Source: Acidimicrobiia bacterium
GTDB taxonomy: Bacteria; Actinomycetota; Acidimicrobiia; Spongiisociales; ZC4RG35
NCBI GenBank assembly: GCA_965203555.1
Contig: CBDBCY010000004.1
Coordinates: forward strand, 2,400,001-2,464,000
Reading direction: 5' to 3'
DNA: 64,000 nucleotides
The notes under the pieces are model-generated. The model was not told the DNA's origin. It made no database searches and was given only the letters and a program-made list of their open reading frames with translations. This document shows positions 10,913 through 20,697 of this stretch, in pieces. Numbering within the stretch: the first letter of the stretch is position 1; every line of letters begins with the position of its first letter. The translations under genes were made by a program, and so were the position numbers.

Positions 10913-11347
10913 GTGTCGGAAAGTTCTCCCACCCCCCGGATCGAGATCGTCGAGGCGCCCATTGACGTGGCGGGTCTGCTGGAAGAGGTGAGCCGTCCCG
11001 ATGCGGGGGCGGTGGCCCTCTTCCTGGGCACGGTGCGCAACCATTCTCCCCAGCGCCGGGGTGTCACCCATCTTGAGTATGAGGTTTACCGATCCCAGGT
11101 GTGCGAAAGAATCGGAGAGATTGCCGCCGAGGCGTTGGAACGTTGGCCGGTATTGGCGGTGGCGGTCGAGCACCGGGTGGGCCGGGTGGATGTTGGTGGA
11201 GTGGCAGTGGCCGTGGCGGTGTCAAGTGCTCATCGGGCGGAGGCATTCGCCGCAGCCCGCTATCTGATTGATGAACTGAAGGAGAGAGCGCCTATCTGGA
11301 AGAAGGAACATTGGGATGCAGGCGCAGAATGGTCGTTGGGTTCCTGA
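10913..11347 (+). CDS. moaE: Molybdopterin synthase catalytic subunit
   Basis: GAVALFLGTVRNH, LEYEVY, HRVG, SSAHRAEAF, IDELKERAPIWKKE; start placed at GTG 10913. Confidence 0.92.
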   Translation: MSESSPTPRIEIVEAPIDVAGLLEEVSRPDAGAVALFLGTVRNHSPQRRGVTHLEYEVYRSQVCERIGEIAAEALERWPVLAVAVEHRVGRVDVGGVAVAVAVSSAHRAEAFAAARYLIDELKERAPIWKKEHWDAGAEWSLGS

Positions 11348-11431
11348 AGGCTTGGTGGCCGGATCGGCCATCCGTTCGAATCGATTTGATATTCTGTTAA
11401 AACCTTGCCGCATCTTGGAAGGAGCATCGGG

Positions 11432-13318
11432 GTGACTGTCGTAATGGAGCAAAGCCAAGACCTACCGGCCACCGGACAGGGAACCAGAACAGTCGCCTCA
11501 TTGGTGCGAGACAGGGCTCTTCGGTCTCCGGACCTGGTGGCGCTGCGAGAAAAGGACTACGGGATCTGGCAGGAGATCACCTGGGGGGAGTATTGGGAGA
11601 GCGTGTTGCTGGCCGCTCACGGCCTTCTGGCGTTGGGCGTGGAAGTGGGGGATCGGGTCTCGATTCACTCCGAGGACCGTCCCGAATGGGTGATCCTCGA
11701 TATTGCCGCAGTGGCGGTTCGGGCCGTAACGGTAGGCCTGTACCCGACCAATCCGGCCGCCGAGGTGCAGTATCTCCTGTCGGATTCAGGGGCGAGGGTC
11801 CATCTGGCCGAAGACCAGGAACAAGCAGACAAGCTGATGGAAGTGATCGACACTCTCCCCAACGTGGAGAAGATAATCCATGCCGAACCACGCGGCTTCC
11901 GGGCGTACCGGGACGATCCCCGGTTCATCTTCTGGGAGGCCTTCCTGGAGTTGGGTCGCAGGCACCGGGCAGAGAATCCCGGGGCGGTTACGAGGCGCAT
12001 GGAGGAAGCCCGTGCAGATGACATAATGACACTGGTTTATACGTCCGGCACCACCGGCCCTCCCAAGGGGGCGATGCTGGACAACGCCAACGTGGAGTAT
12101 TGCTTTGATGAACTCATCAATGCCGATTCCCGGATGCCGGGCGACATGGGACCCAACGATTCCGATGAAATCCTTACCTACCTTCCGCTCTGCCATGTGG
12201 CGGAGCGGATATTCTCGACGTGGACCTCGGCGGCATGTGGCACCACCCTCAACTTTGCCGAGTCGATCGAGACGGTCCAGGATAACCTGCGGGAAGTTCA
12301 GCCCACCCTGTTCTTCGCGGTTCCGCGAATCTGGGAGAAACTCCATGCGGCTGTGATCATCAAGAGCAAGGACGCCACCTGGCTCAAGCGGGTCTTCATG
12401 TCCTTGGGCAACGCCATGGCCGGGATCATCGGTCGGCAGAGAGTGAGAAACGGCGGCAAGCACACTCTCTTCAGCCGCATCTTTTACATGGTCGGATACC
12501 CGTTGGTATTTCGTGCACTGCGGGAAAGGATCGGCCTGCGCCGCGTCCGGTGGGCGGGGACCGGCGCGGCGCCCATCGCTCCGGAAGTGATCGAGTTCTT
12601 TCACGGGTTGGGGGTGAACGTCTACGAGTTGTACGGCATGACGGAGAATGCGGCGGTGGCGACCAACAACTTCCACGGGCGCATGAAACTGGGCACGGTG
12701 GGAGAGCCATATCCGGGGATAGGCCTGCGGATCGATCCGGAGACGGGGGAGATTCAGACCAAGCATCCCGGGGTGTTCCGGGGATACTGGAACAAGCCGG
12801 AGAAGACGGCTGGGGCTTTCACCGAGGACGGGTGGTTGCGCACCGGAGACGTGGGCGAATGGGTGGAGGGGACTCATGTCAAGATCGTCGACCGGATCAA
12901 GCACATAATCATCACGTCGGGGGGAAAGAACATCTCTCCCTCGGAAATCGAGAACAGCCTCAAGACCTCTCCGTTCGTAAAGGAAGCGATGGTGATCGGC
13001 GATGGGAAGAACTACCTCACCGCGCTGATCGGCATCGAATTCGACACGGTCGGCGATTGGGCAACCCGTCGAAACATTCCTTATACCACCTACCGTGATC
13101 TCGGCGAGAAACCCGAGGTGGTGAAACTGATCCAGGGCGTTATCAAAGAGACCAACGCCAAGTTCGCCAGAGTCGAGAACGTTCGGCAATTCAGGATGCT
13201 CCCCAAGGAACTCGACCATGAGGACGGCGAATTGACCGCTACCCAGAAGCTGAAGCGGGAGTCGATGGAGGAAATGTTCGGAGAACTGGTTGTCGATATG
13301 TATGCGGGCCGCAAGTAG
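11432..13318 (+). CDS. Long-chain fatty acid-CoA ligase (AMP-binding)
   Basis: YTSGTTGPPKG, YLPLCHVAER, YGMTE, DGWLRTGDVG, GGKNISPSEIE; GTG 11432 follows AAGGAG. Confidence 0.9.
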   Translation: MTVVMEQSQDLPATGQGTRTVASLVRDRALRSPDLVALREKDYGIWQEITWGEYWESVLLAAHGLLALGVEVGDRVSIHSEDRPEWVILDIAAVAVRAVTVGLYPTNPAAEVQYLLSDSGARVHLAEDQEQADKLMEVIDTLPNVEKIIHAEPRGFRAYRDDPRFIFWEAFLELGRRHRAENPGAVTRRMEEARADDIMTLVYTSGTTGPPKGAMLDNANVEYCFDELINADSRMPGDMGPNDSDEILTYLPLCHVAERIFSTWTSAACGTTLNFAESIETVQDNLREVQPTLFFAVPRIWEKLHAAVIIKSKDATWLKRVFMSLGNAMAGIIGRQRVRNGGKHTLFSRIFYMVGYPLVFRALRERIGLRRVRWAGTGAAPIAPEVIEFFHGLGVNVYELYGMTENAAVATNNFHGRMKLGTVGEPYPGIGLRIDPETGEIQTKHPGVFRGYWNKPEKTAGAFTEDGWLRTGDVGEWVEGTHVKIVDRIKHIIITSGGKNISPSEIENSLKTSPFVKEAMVIGDGKNYLTALIGIEFDTVGDWATRRNIPYTTYRDLGEKPEVVKLIQGVIKETNAKFARVENVRQFRMLPKELDHEDGELTATQKLKRESMEEMFGELVVDMYAGRK

Positions 13319-13356
13319 ATGATTTCGGTCCTGCCGGCTGAGCAGAGCGGACTCTG

Positions 13357-14328
13357 ATGTCGGCTGAATTGTTGGCCGTCGGGTTGCTGGCCCAATCCGA
13401 TCACAGCCAATTGGCGGGCGCCATCGTCAGCGGCCTTTCACTGGGAACCATCTACGCGCTGCTGGCGATGGGATTCGTCATCATCTTCAAAGCCACGCAG
13501 GTGGTGAATTTCGCACACGGCGCCTTGGCGACGGTGGGAGCTTTCATCACGGCGGGAGTGGCGGTTGAGCTCAACTTCCCCGGCCGCTTTCTCGACCTGC
13601 CTCCCCTGGTGGGGTGGTCCATTTCCGTTCTGACCGCCCTGGTGCTGTCGGCCGTCATGGGCGTCCTGCTCGAGAGAGTCTTCCTACGTCCCATGGTGGG
13701 AGAGGATTTGTTCTCCGTTGCCATAGTCACCCTGGGCATGAATGTGATCCTCATGACCATCGTGACCGACTACATCGGACCCGATCCTCGTTCCATGGCC
13801 GACCCTTGGGGAGACGCCGTAGCCGACCTGGGGTTCGTGATCATTGCACACACGGAGATAGCTCAGTTTGTAGTAGCCCTTGTCCTGGTGGTGTTGGTGG
13901 CCCTGTTCTTCCGGTCCCGCACCGGCATCGCCATGCGTGCCACGGCTTTCGACCAGGAGGCGGCGCGGGCCCAGGGGATCAAGGTCGGAGCGATTTTTGC
14001 CATCGCCTGGGCTATCGGGGCGGTGCTGGCCACGGTGGGAGGCATTTTCGGATCCGTGTACCCCCGTCGAGTCGGGGTCTACTCGGACACCGCCCTCCTG
14101 GCGTTCCGAGCATTCCCCGCCATCATTCTGGGTGGCCTTGACTCTGTGGTAGGCGCCGTGGTCGGGGGGTTGGCGGTGGGAGTAGCCGAGGCTTTAGCGG
14201 GCAGTTATCTCAACCATCCCTGGTTCGGGACCGGATTCAGCGGCATCGTTCCATACCTGTTGATGGTGGGGGTGTTGTTCATCCGTCCCTACGGCATCTT
14301 CGGCACCGAGGAGATCAGGCGAGTATGA
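13357..14328 (+). CDS. Liv-type (HAAT) ABC transporter permease, LivH-like
   Basis: GLSLGTIYALLAMGF, NFAHG, GIAMRA, IILGGL, RPYGIFG. Confidence 0.9.
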   Translation: MSAELLAVGLLAQSDHSQLAGAIVSGLSLGTIYALLAMGFVIIFKATQVVNFAHGALATVGAFITAGVAVELNFPGRFLDLPPLVGWSISVLTALVLSAVMGVLLERVFLRPMVGEDLFSVAIVTLGMNVILMTIVTDYIGPDPRSMADPWGDAVADLGFVIIAHTEIAQFVVALVLVVLVALFFRSRTGIAMRATAFDQEAARAQGIKVGAIFAIAWAIGAVLATVGGIFGSVYPRRVGVYSDTALLAFRAFPAIILGGLDSVVGAVVGGLAVGVAEALAGSYLNHPWFGTGFSGIVPYLLMVGVLFIRPYGIFGTEEIRRV

Positions 14329-15566
14329 GAGGCCGTCCGCACCTTCACACGTCCTACTCAGCCGATCAGGCGTTGATGCCCACGGTCACCAAGAAGGTGG
14401 TGCTGGCGGTCTTCCTGGTTCTGGCGGCATTGGCCCCCATCGCTTCCAGCATTCCCTTCTATCCGGACTTCCTGGGTCACAACGATTGGATGAAGCTGCT
14501 GTCCCATGTGGCCATTTTCGGCATCGGGGCGTTGGGAATCAACCTGCTCACCGGGGTGGCGGGCCAGGTTTCCCTGGGGCATGCCTTCTTCATGGGACTC
14601 GGCGCCTACGTGGCGGTGGTCTTCGGGGCCCCTCCCGGCGATTTGTGGGGGTTGGGTTTACCCATGTGGATATGGCTTCCCATGGCTGGGATCATCCCGG
14701 CGATAGTGGGACTGTTGGTCGGGCCGGCCGCGGTACGGGTCCGGGGTCTCTATCTGGCCTTCGCCACTCTGGGACTGGTATTCATCGGGGAATGGGCGTG
14801 GCGCAATCTTAAGTTTGTTACCGGCGGAGCTTTTGCCGGTCGTAAGTTTCCCGCATTCCAGTGGAGAGTGTGGAAGGAGGAGGAACCGATAGCGGACTTC
14901 TCCTCCGATGGGGTGTGGTTGGGGTTTGAGATCTCCGAGGAGGCCAAGGTCTATCTGTTGATGCTGGGATTCCTGGTGGTGGCGACACTGGTGGCCAAGA
15001 ACCTGCAACGCACCAGGACCGGTCGGGCATTCCAAGCCATCCGGGACCGCGACATTGCCGCGGAGGTGATGGGAGTTGACGAATTCCGCTACAAGCTGAC
15101 GGCCTTCGGCATTTCATCAGCCTTCGCCGGGGTGGCCGGCGCCCTGTTTGCCTCCTTCGTGGGACGTCAGATCCCCGAGACCTGGGACCTGTTCCTGTCG
15201 GTGGAGTTCATAGCCATCATCCTGATCGGAGGGGCCGGTACGGTGTCCGGGGCGTTGATGGGCACCGCCTTCGTGATCATCCTGCCCCGGTTGGTCCAGG
15301 ATTTCACCGAGTGGCTTTCCGCAGTGATCGAAGGCGGGGAGGGCGCCCTGGCCACCGTTGCGGACGTGGTGGTGTCAATCTCGCCCGATGACGGAGGTGT
15401 GATCAACACGATCCCGGGGGTGGGTCCCGGCTTGTCGGTCTTTCAACTCAACCAGGTCCTTTTCGGGCTGCTGATCATCCTGTTCATGATTTTCGAACCG
15501 CTCGGCCTGTACGGGATCTGGTTACGAGTGCGAAACTACTGGAAAGGCTGGCCTTTTACCTATTGA
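14325..15566 (+). CDS. Liv-type ABC transporter permease, LivM-like
   Basis: GQVSLGHAFF, RVRGLYLAFATL, GRAFQAIRD, YKLTAF. Confidence 0.9.
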   Translation: MRGRPHLHTSYSADQALMPTVTKKVVLAVFLVLAALAPIASSIPFYPDFLGHNDWMKLLSHVAIFGIGALGINLLTGVAGQVSLGHAFFMGLGAYVAVVFGAPPGDLWGLGLPMWIWLPMAGIIPAIVGLLVGPAAVRVRGLYLAFATLGLVFIGEWAWRNLKFVTGGAFAGRKFPAFQWRVWKEEEPIADFSSDGVWLGFEISEEAKVYLLMLGFLVVATLVAKNLQRTRTGRAFQAIRDRDIAAEVMGVDEFRYKLTAFGISSAFAGVAGALFASFVGRQIPETWDLFLSVEFIAIILIGGAGTVSGALMGTAFVIILPRLVQDFTEWLSAVIEGGEGALATVADVVVSISPDDGGVINTIPGVGPGLSVFQLNQVLFGLLIILFMIFEPLGLYGIWLRVRNYWKGWPFTY

Positions 15567-15652
15567 TAAGAGTTTTAGTGGATAGTTTTCCCAGGTAGCT
15601 TCTATTGTTCAGTGTCACCAGGGAAGCGAAGCAACCGGAAGAAGGAGAAGAT

Positions 15653-17167
15653 ATGAAGAACAAACTCAAGTGGCTGGCCGTGGTCATGGCAATGACCCTG
15701 ATAGCGGCCGCCTGCGGTGGAGATGAGGATGAAGCGGAAGCTCCGGCGACCACGGAAACTCCGGCGACCACCGAAGCTCCAGCCACCACGGCTGCTCCCG
15801 ATGAGGAGCCCATGGACGATGAAGAACATATGGACGATGAAGAGCATATGGACGATGAAGAGCATATGGACGATGAAGAACATATGCACGATGAAGAACA
15901 TATGGACGATGAAGAGCATATGGACGATGAAGAACAAATGGACATGATGATCGCCACCGATGTCGGGGTGGATCTGGAGGCCGGTGTTATCAAAGTGGGG
16001 ATGCTTTCCGACCTGACCGGCGCCTTCGGCGGCCTGGTGGGATTGGTGGTGGCAGGCGTCAACGCCTACTGGGCCGATGTCAACGCCCATGGCGGCATCC
16101 ACGGAATGCAGGTTGAATTGGTGTACCGGGACACGGTGTATTCGGTGGACAACCATGTCCAGTTCTACGAGGAACTGAAGGACGAGGTGGTTGCCTTCGG
16201 TCACTCCACCGGGTCTCCCCATACTGTCGCAATTCGTGAGGACCTCGAAGCGGACGGCATTCTTGCCATCCCGCTCACCTGGTACTCCGGATGGTCGGAT
16301 CCGGCGCTGAATGCCAACCTCCTCTCTCACGGCACCCCCTATTGCATCGAGGCCATGAACATGATCGGCTATATGCACGACATCCTGGTCGCCCAGGGAG
16401 TCGACAGCCCGACCATGGCAGTGGCGTCCTTCCCGGGTGACTATGGACTGGACTCGGCCGAAGGCGCCAAGCTCGGCGCTGCGGCGCTTGGCATGGAAGT
16501 GGTCTACGACGGCTCGGGTAGCGTCATTCCCGGCCAGGACAATGCCCCCATCGGCAATGCAATCGCCCAGAGCGGCGCAGACATTGTCTGGGTGACGGCC
16601 AACGCCGCCACCCTCACCGAGGTCTACGGCGCGGCTATCTCCCAGGGCTTCGAGGCTTTGTGGTCGGGCGCCGCTCCGGTTTGGAGTCCCGCTCTGGTGG
16701 CCCCTGATTCTCCCATCAAGGACGCCATCGCCCGTGACTTCTACGGATCCATTTACTTCTCGCCAATAATCGAGAACAATCCCGGAACGGAGTTCTTGAG
16801 GGAACTGATGGCCACCTACGCACCTGAAGTTCCTCTCATCGACTACGTCGTGGAGGGTTTCGTAGAGGCCATGATCCTTCACGAAGTTCTGAATGTTGCC
16901 TACGCCAACGGCGACATGACCCAGAGCGGAATGGTGGTTGCGGCCAAGAGCATCGAGGAGATCGACTTCCGCGGCCTCGCCCCCAGCGAGAGCTACGTGG
17001 GCGGCCCGAATGAGCGTCTGCAGCGTCAGATCTGGATTACCCGCCCCGATCCGGAGGCATTGGCGGCCGGCACGTCGCCCACCGGCATCAGTGTGATCGA
17101 GAGGGCATTCACCCACCCGATAGCTGCTGATTACGTATTCGAAGAGGCTTGCTACAAGCTCTCATAG
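15653..17167 (+). CDS. ABC transporter substrate-binding lipoprotein with an N-terminal (MDDEEH)n repeat
   Basis: AAGGAG RBS, lipobox IAAAC, IKVGMLSDLTG, NAHGGIHG; within the Liv-type operon. Confidence 0.9.
   Translation: MKNKLKWLAVVMAMTLIAAACGGDEDEAEAPATTETPATTEAPATTAAPDEEPMDDEEHMDDEEHMDDEEHMDDEEHMHDEEHMDDEEHMDDEEQMDMMIATDVGVDLEAGVIKVGMLSDLTGAFGGLVGLVVAGVNAYWADVNAHGGIHGMQVELVYRDTVYSVDNHVQFYEELKDEVVAFGHSTGSPHTVAIREDLEADGILAIPLTWYSGWSDPALNANLLSHGTPYCIEAMNMIGYMHDILVAQGVDSPTMAVASFPGDYGLDSAEGAKLGAAALGMEVVYDGSGSVIPGQDNAPIGNAIAQSGADIVWVTANAATLTEVYGAAISQGFEALWSGAAPVWSPALVAPDSPIKDAIARDFYGSIYFSPIIENNPGTEFLRELMATYAPEVPLIDYVVEGFVEAMILHEVLNVAYANGDMTQSGMVVAAKSIEEIDFRGLAPSESYVGGPNERLQRQIWITRPDPEALAAGTSPTGISVIERAFTHPIAADYVFEEACYKLS
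15812..15937 (+). repeat. In-frame 18-bp tandem repeat x7 (ATGGACGATGAAGARCAT consensus)
   Basis: Read directly; encodes MDDEEH x4, MHDEEH, MDDEEH, MDDEEQ. Confidence 0.95.
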
Positions 17168-17182
17168 TCACATAGCGGCCCT

Positions 17183-17215
17183 GGGCCGGCCCACCTCATG
17201 CGGGTGGGCCGGCCC
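17183..17215 (+). terminator. 13-bp perfect stem-loop after the substrate-binding protein gene (terminator or mRNA stabiliser)
   Basis: GGGCCGGCCCACC-TCATGCG-GGTGGGCCGGCCC; no U-tract. Confidence 0.6.
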
Positions 17216-17242
17216 GAGCCGATCCAAGTCGAGAGTTAGGCC

Positions 17243-18031
17243 ATGCTTGAAGTTTCCAACCTGGAAGTTGTCTATAACGACGTTGTCCTCGTGCTTCGAG
17301 GCGTTTCCCTTGAAGCGCCGGAAGGACAGATAGTCGCCCTGTTGGGCGCCAACGGCGCCGGAAAGACCACCACCGCCCGGGCGATAACCGGTCTGCTTGA
17401 TGTTCATGAAGGCGACATCACCAAGGGCGTCATTCGCTTCGAGGGCAAAGACATAACACATGTCTTGCCGTCGGACAGGGTGCGAATGGGGATCAGCCAG
17501 GTTATGGAGGGCCGCCGCATCTTTGCGGAGTTGACGGTGGACGAGAACCTGGCGGCCGGAGCCTACATAAACCGGGATCGAACGTCCATCCGGGAAGCCC
17601 ATAACCGGGTGATGACATTGTTTCCCGCCCTGGCAGAGCGGCGAAAGCAGGTTGCCGGGTATATGTCCGGTGGCGAGCAGCAAATGCTCGCTATTGGCAG
17701 GGCGCTTATGCAATCGCCCAAACTGATGATCCTCGATGAGCCCTCTCTGGGTTTGGCCCCCTTGCTGGTACAAAGGATCGCCGAGATCATCGTAGAGATA
17801 AACCGGTTGGGCACCGCAGTGCTGCTGATCGAGCAGAACGCCCATATGGCGCTGTCCATTGCCAATCACGGCTACGTGATGGAAAACGGCAAGATGGTGA
17901 TGGACGGCGGGGCCTCCAAACTCCAGGACGACGAAGATGTACAGGAGTTCTACCTCGGGCTCCACGCCGGTCAGCGCAAGTCGTTTCGGGATGTCAAGCA
18001 CTACAAGCGCCGGAAGCGGTGGCTTTCATGA
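17243..18031 (+). CDS. Liv-type ABC transporter ATPase, LivF-like
   Basis: GANGAGKT, MSGGEQQMLAIGRALM, LDEPSLGLAP. Confidence 0.92.
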   Translation: MLEVSNLEVVYNDVVLVLRGVSLEAPEGQIVALLGANGAGKTTTARAITGLLDVHEGDITKGVIRFEGKDITHVLPSDRVRMGISQVMEGRRIFAELTVDENLAAGAYINRDRTSIREAHNRVMTLFPALAERRKQVAGYMSGGEQQMLAIGRALMQSPKLMILDEPSLGLAPLLVQRIAEIIVEINRLGTAVLLIEQNAHMALSIANHGYVMENGKMVMDGGASKLQDDEDVQEFYLGLHAGQRKSFRDVKHYKRRKRWLS

Positions 18032-18834
18032 GCGCCGCCAACGGCACCCCTCTCTTGGAAGTAACCGATGTCAGCCTGTCATTCAAAGGCCTGATCGCGT
18101 TGCAGGAAGTGTCATTTCATGTCAACGAAGGAGAATTGTTTTCCATCATTGGCCCCAATGGCGCCGGCAAGACTTCGATCTTCAACTGCATCAACCAGGT
18201 TTACAAACCTCAGCAGGGGTCGATCTTGTGGAAGGGTGAATCGCTGATGGGTCTGAAACCGAACCAGACCGCCGAGCGGGGGATCGCCCGGACCTTTCAG
18301 AACATCGAACTCTTCGCCCACATGACGGTGATGGAGAACATTCTCTCAGGCCGCCACATCCGCATGAGTCACGGGTGGGTGGCCGGGTCACTGTGGATGG
18401 GTCGGGCCAAGCGGGAAGAGATGGAGAACCGCTTCAAAGTGGAGGACATCATCGACTTCCTGGAGATAGAACAGTGGCGAAAGTATCCGGTGGGACTGCT
18501 TCCCTACGGGGTCCAGAAGCGGGTGGAGCTGGGCCGGGCGCTGGCCATGGAGCCCGAACTCTTGCTGCTGGACGAGCCGGTGGCGGGCATGAACCTGGAG
18601 GAGACCGAGGACATGGCCCGGTTCATCCTGGACATCCAGGACGAGCTGGAAATCACCATGATCCTGGTGGAGCACGATATGAGCCTGGTGATGGATATTG
18701 CCGACCGGGTGATGGTGCTTGACTTCGGCAGAAAGATCGCGGAAGGTTTGCCCGAGGAAATCCAGACCAACATGGATGTGATCAGCGCCTACCTCGGCAC
18801 GACGGGTGAAGCATCCATACCGCAGTTCGGTTGA
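18028..18834 (+). CDS. Liv-type ABC transporter ATPase, LivG-like
   Basis: GPNGAGKT, RTFQN, LPYGVQKRVELGRALA, LDEPVAGMN, VEHDM. Confidence 0.92.
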   Translation: MSAANGTPLLEVTDVSLSFKGLIALQEVSFHVNEGELFSIIGPNGAGKTSIFNCINQVYKPQQGSILWKGESLMGLKPNQTAERGIARTFQNIELFAHMTVMENILSGRHIRMSHGWVAGSLWMGRAKREEMENRFKVEDIIDFLEIEQWRKYPVGLLPYGVQKRVELGRALAMEPELLLLDEPVAGMNLEETEDMARFILDIQDELEITMILVEHDMSLVMDIADRVMVLDFGRKIAEGLPEEIQTNMDVISAYLGTTGEASIPQFG

Positions 18835-18883
18835 TTCAAGGGAACAAAGAAACCTCGACGCCGGATGGGCGAGGACCGTCGGC

Positions 18884-19249
18884 GTGACAGGTCCACAGGT
18901 AGTAGGAATCTATGACGCTGACGGAGGCTGGGGGGGAAAACTGGGTTATGTCCTGGGAGTCATTGTGGGAGGAAAGCACTGTTCGTTGTGCGACATCACC
19001 CACGGATGGAATCCATGGGGACGAAGCGAGTGGAAGCGGGTCTATGCCCGAGTCCCTTTCAAAATGCAGTTGATCCATCGAGACCGGGCCAACCCTGCCC
19101 AACTGACGGCCGCCGGCGTCCTGCCTGCGGTGATTGCGCAGGAGAAAGGCAGGTGGCGGAGGCTGGTCGGTCCCGAGGAACTGGAAAGCTGCGCCGGAGA
19201 CCCGAACCGCCTTATGGCTCTCATCGAACTCGACTTCGACTCGAAGTAG
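18884..19249 (+). CDS. Conserved hypothetical protein with a CxxC motif
   Basis: GIYDADGG..G...Y, HCSLCDITHG, HRD; start uncertain. Confidence 0.6.
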   Translation: MTGPQVVGIYDADGGWGGKLGYVLGVIVGGKHCSLCDITHGWNPWGRSEWKRVYARVPFKMQLIHRDRANPAQLTAAGVLPAVIAQEKGRWRRLVGPEELESCAGDPNRLMALIELDFDSK

Positions 19250-19278
19250 GTTTGGTTGTTCAAGCGGGAAGGCCTTCC

Positions 19279-19620
19279 TCAAACCAGGAGTATCCTGATC
19301 TTCTCTATCGTCTCTCCGACCACTTGCCTTGGGGCTCTGCATTCCAGACGGGCTCCTCTCGCCCGCCAGTCCAGGCTTTTGATTTGATCGGATAGGACCA
19401 CTCCTCGGATGCGGCTCGAGGAGCTGAGGAGAACCTCGAACGGGTAGCCCTTGACCCTGGAGGTAATGGGGCAGAGGAGCGCCAGGCCAGTCTTGTGATT
19501 GTAAGCCTTCGGGCTTAAAACCAGGGCCGGTCGACGGCCGGCTTGTTCATGACCTGCCTGCGGGCTGAAGCGCAACCATACAATGTCCCCTCTGTCCGGA
19601 ACGTATCCCCTCAGCGACAT
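19279..19620 (-). CDS. mazF: Type II toxin, MazF/PemK endoribonuclease
   Basis: YVPDRGDIVWLRFSPQAGHEQAGRRPALVLSP..YN, CPITS, GYPFEV, DQIKSLDW. Confidence 0.93.
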   Translation of the reverse strand: MSLRGYVPDRGDIVWLRFSPQAGHEQAGRRPALVLSPKAYNHKTGLALLCPITSRVKGYPFEVLLSSSSRIRGVVLSDQIKSLDWRARGARLECRAPRQVVGETIEKIRILLV

Positions 19621-19645
19621 GCCTATACCCTCCTGCCGGCCACTG

Positions 19646-19885
19646 CTACCAGATTTCAGCGCCTTGCGGTGGGCCGGTCTCTGTTTCGGGGTGCAAAATG
19701 CCCGGTGCCACCGAGGACAGCATTTCATCCAGATCGTAGGATGTCTTGCGCAACACGACATGGTTTCCGTCCGGCAGGATCTCTACGGGGGAACCCTCCT
19801 GCACGCCCCATTGCTCGGCGATGGGCTTGGGTATGCGAATCGCCAAGCTGCCGCCCCATCTGGAAATGTGTGTTCGCGTTCCCAT
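19646..19885 (-). CDS. mazE: Type II antitoxin, MazE/AbrB family
   Basis: SRWGGSLAIRIP, YDLDEML, G.EIW; AGGAGG RBS before ATG 19885. Confidence 0.9.
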   Translation of the reverse strand: MGTRTHISRWGGSLAIRIPKPIAEQWGVQEGSPVEILPDGNHVVLRKTSYDLDEMLSSVAPGILHPETETGPPQGAEIW

Positions 19886-19891
19886 CCGCAA

Positions 19892-19927
19892 CCTCCTATG
19901 AGATATACATTATATATCTATAGGAGG
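19892..19927. promoter_or_regulatory. Long imperfect palindrome over the mazE RBS/promoter (probable TA autoregulatory operator)
   Basis: CCTCCTATgAGATATA...TATATCTATAGGAGG. Confidence 0.6.
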
Positions 19928-19975
19928 GTTGGGCTAGCACAAGTGACCTGTTTGTCCTTGCAAAAGCCCGAGTTT

Positions 19976-20575
19976 CTAGGTGTTGCGGTTGGTGAGGCGC
20001 CAGGCGGCGGGGAGCAGCAGACCGGCTGCGTAGGCCTTGATCACGTCGCCCACGATGAAGGGCGCCACGCCCTTTTCCAGGGCCGTGACCAGATCCATAT
20101 CCGCAGCGGCCATCAGCCCGATCACACCGAAGACGTAAATGACCAGGCTTCCGGTCAGAAAGGCGGTGACCGCCGAGATCACGCGACGGTCGTGATGACG
20201 CTCGGCCAACTTGCCCACCAGTGCGGCGGCGATCACGAACCCGAACAGATAGCCGCCGCTGGCGCCGAACAGCACCTCGGTTCCCGAAGCTCCGCCGGCG
20301 TAGAAGGGCATGAAGGTTCCCAGCGCCAGGTAGAGCAATTGGCTGGCCCCCCCGGCCCACATGCCCAGGGTTGCTCCGGTCAGAAGCACCGCGAAAGTCT
20401 GGCCGGTAATAGGGACCGGTGTGAATGGAAGCCTGATAGTGAATTGGGCGAAGAGGGCTGTCAAGAGGGCGAACGCGACCACCTGGATGACCCAGACCGC
20501 CGCCGCTGACATGGTACGGGTGGGCAACCGAACCCTGGCAGCCAGAACTTCATGATGGGGAGTGAAAAACGCCAT
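19976..20575 (-). CDS. bioY: Biotin transporter BioY
   Basis: LPFTPVPITGQTFAVLL.G, GGYLFGF, PFIVGDVIK. Confidence 0.92.
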   Translation of the reverse strand: MAFFTPHHEVLAARVRLPTRTMSAAAVWVIQVVAFALLTALFAQFTIRLPFTPVPITGQTFAVLLTGATLGMWAGGASQLLYLALGTFMPFYAGGASGTEVLFGASGGYLFGFVIAAALVGKLAERHHDRRVISAVTAFLTGSLVIYVFGVIGLMAAADMDLVTALEKGVAPFIVGDVIKAYAAGLLLPAAWRLTNRNT

Positions 20576-20697
20576 TGCCCGCTCCTTTCGAAGGTTGGTG
20601 TTGACGTGGGTTTGACCTGTCGTTTCGAATTCAGGTTACCGGGTGAAAGTCCTGGACTCTTGCTCACGAATGGGATATACGCTTTGGAGGGAAACGA

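Noticed and set aside
15812-15937. 18-bp repeat, and the 22-bp repeat at 45767, as mini-CRISPR arrays
   Set aside because: No spacer-length unique sequence between units
20610-20641. Possible BirA-like operator (TTGACC-N16-GGTTAC) upstream of bioY
   Set aside because: Half-sites only weakly palindromic; cannot be supported without comparative data
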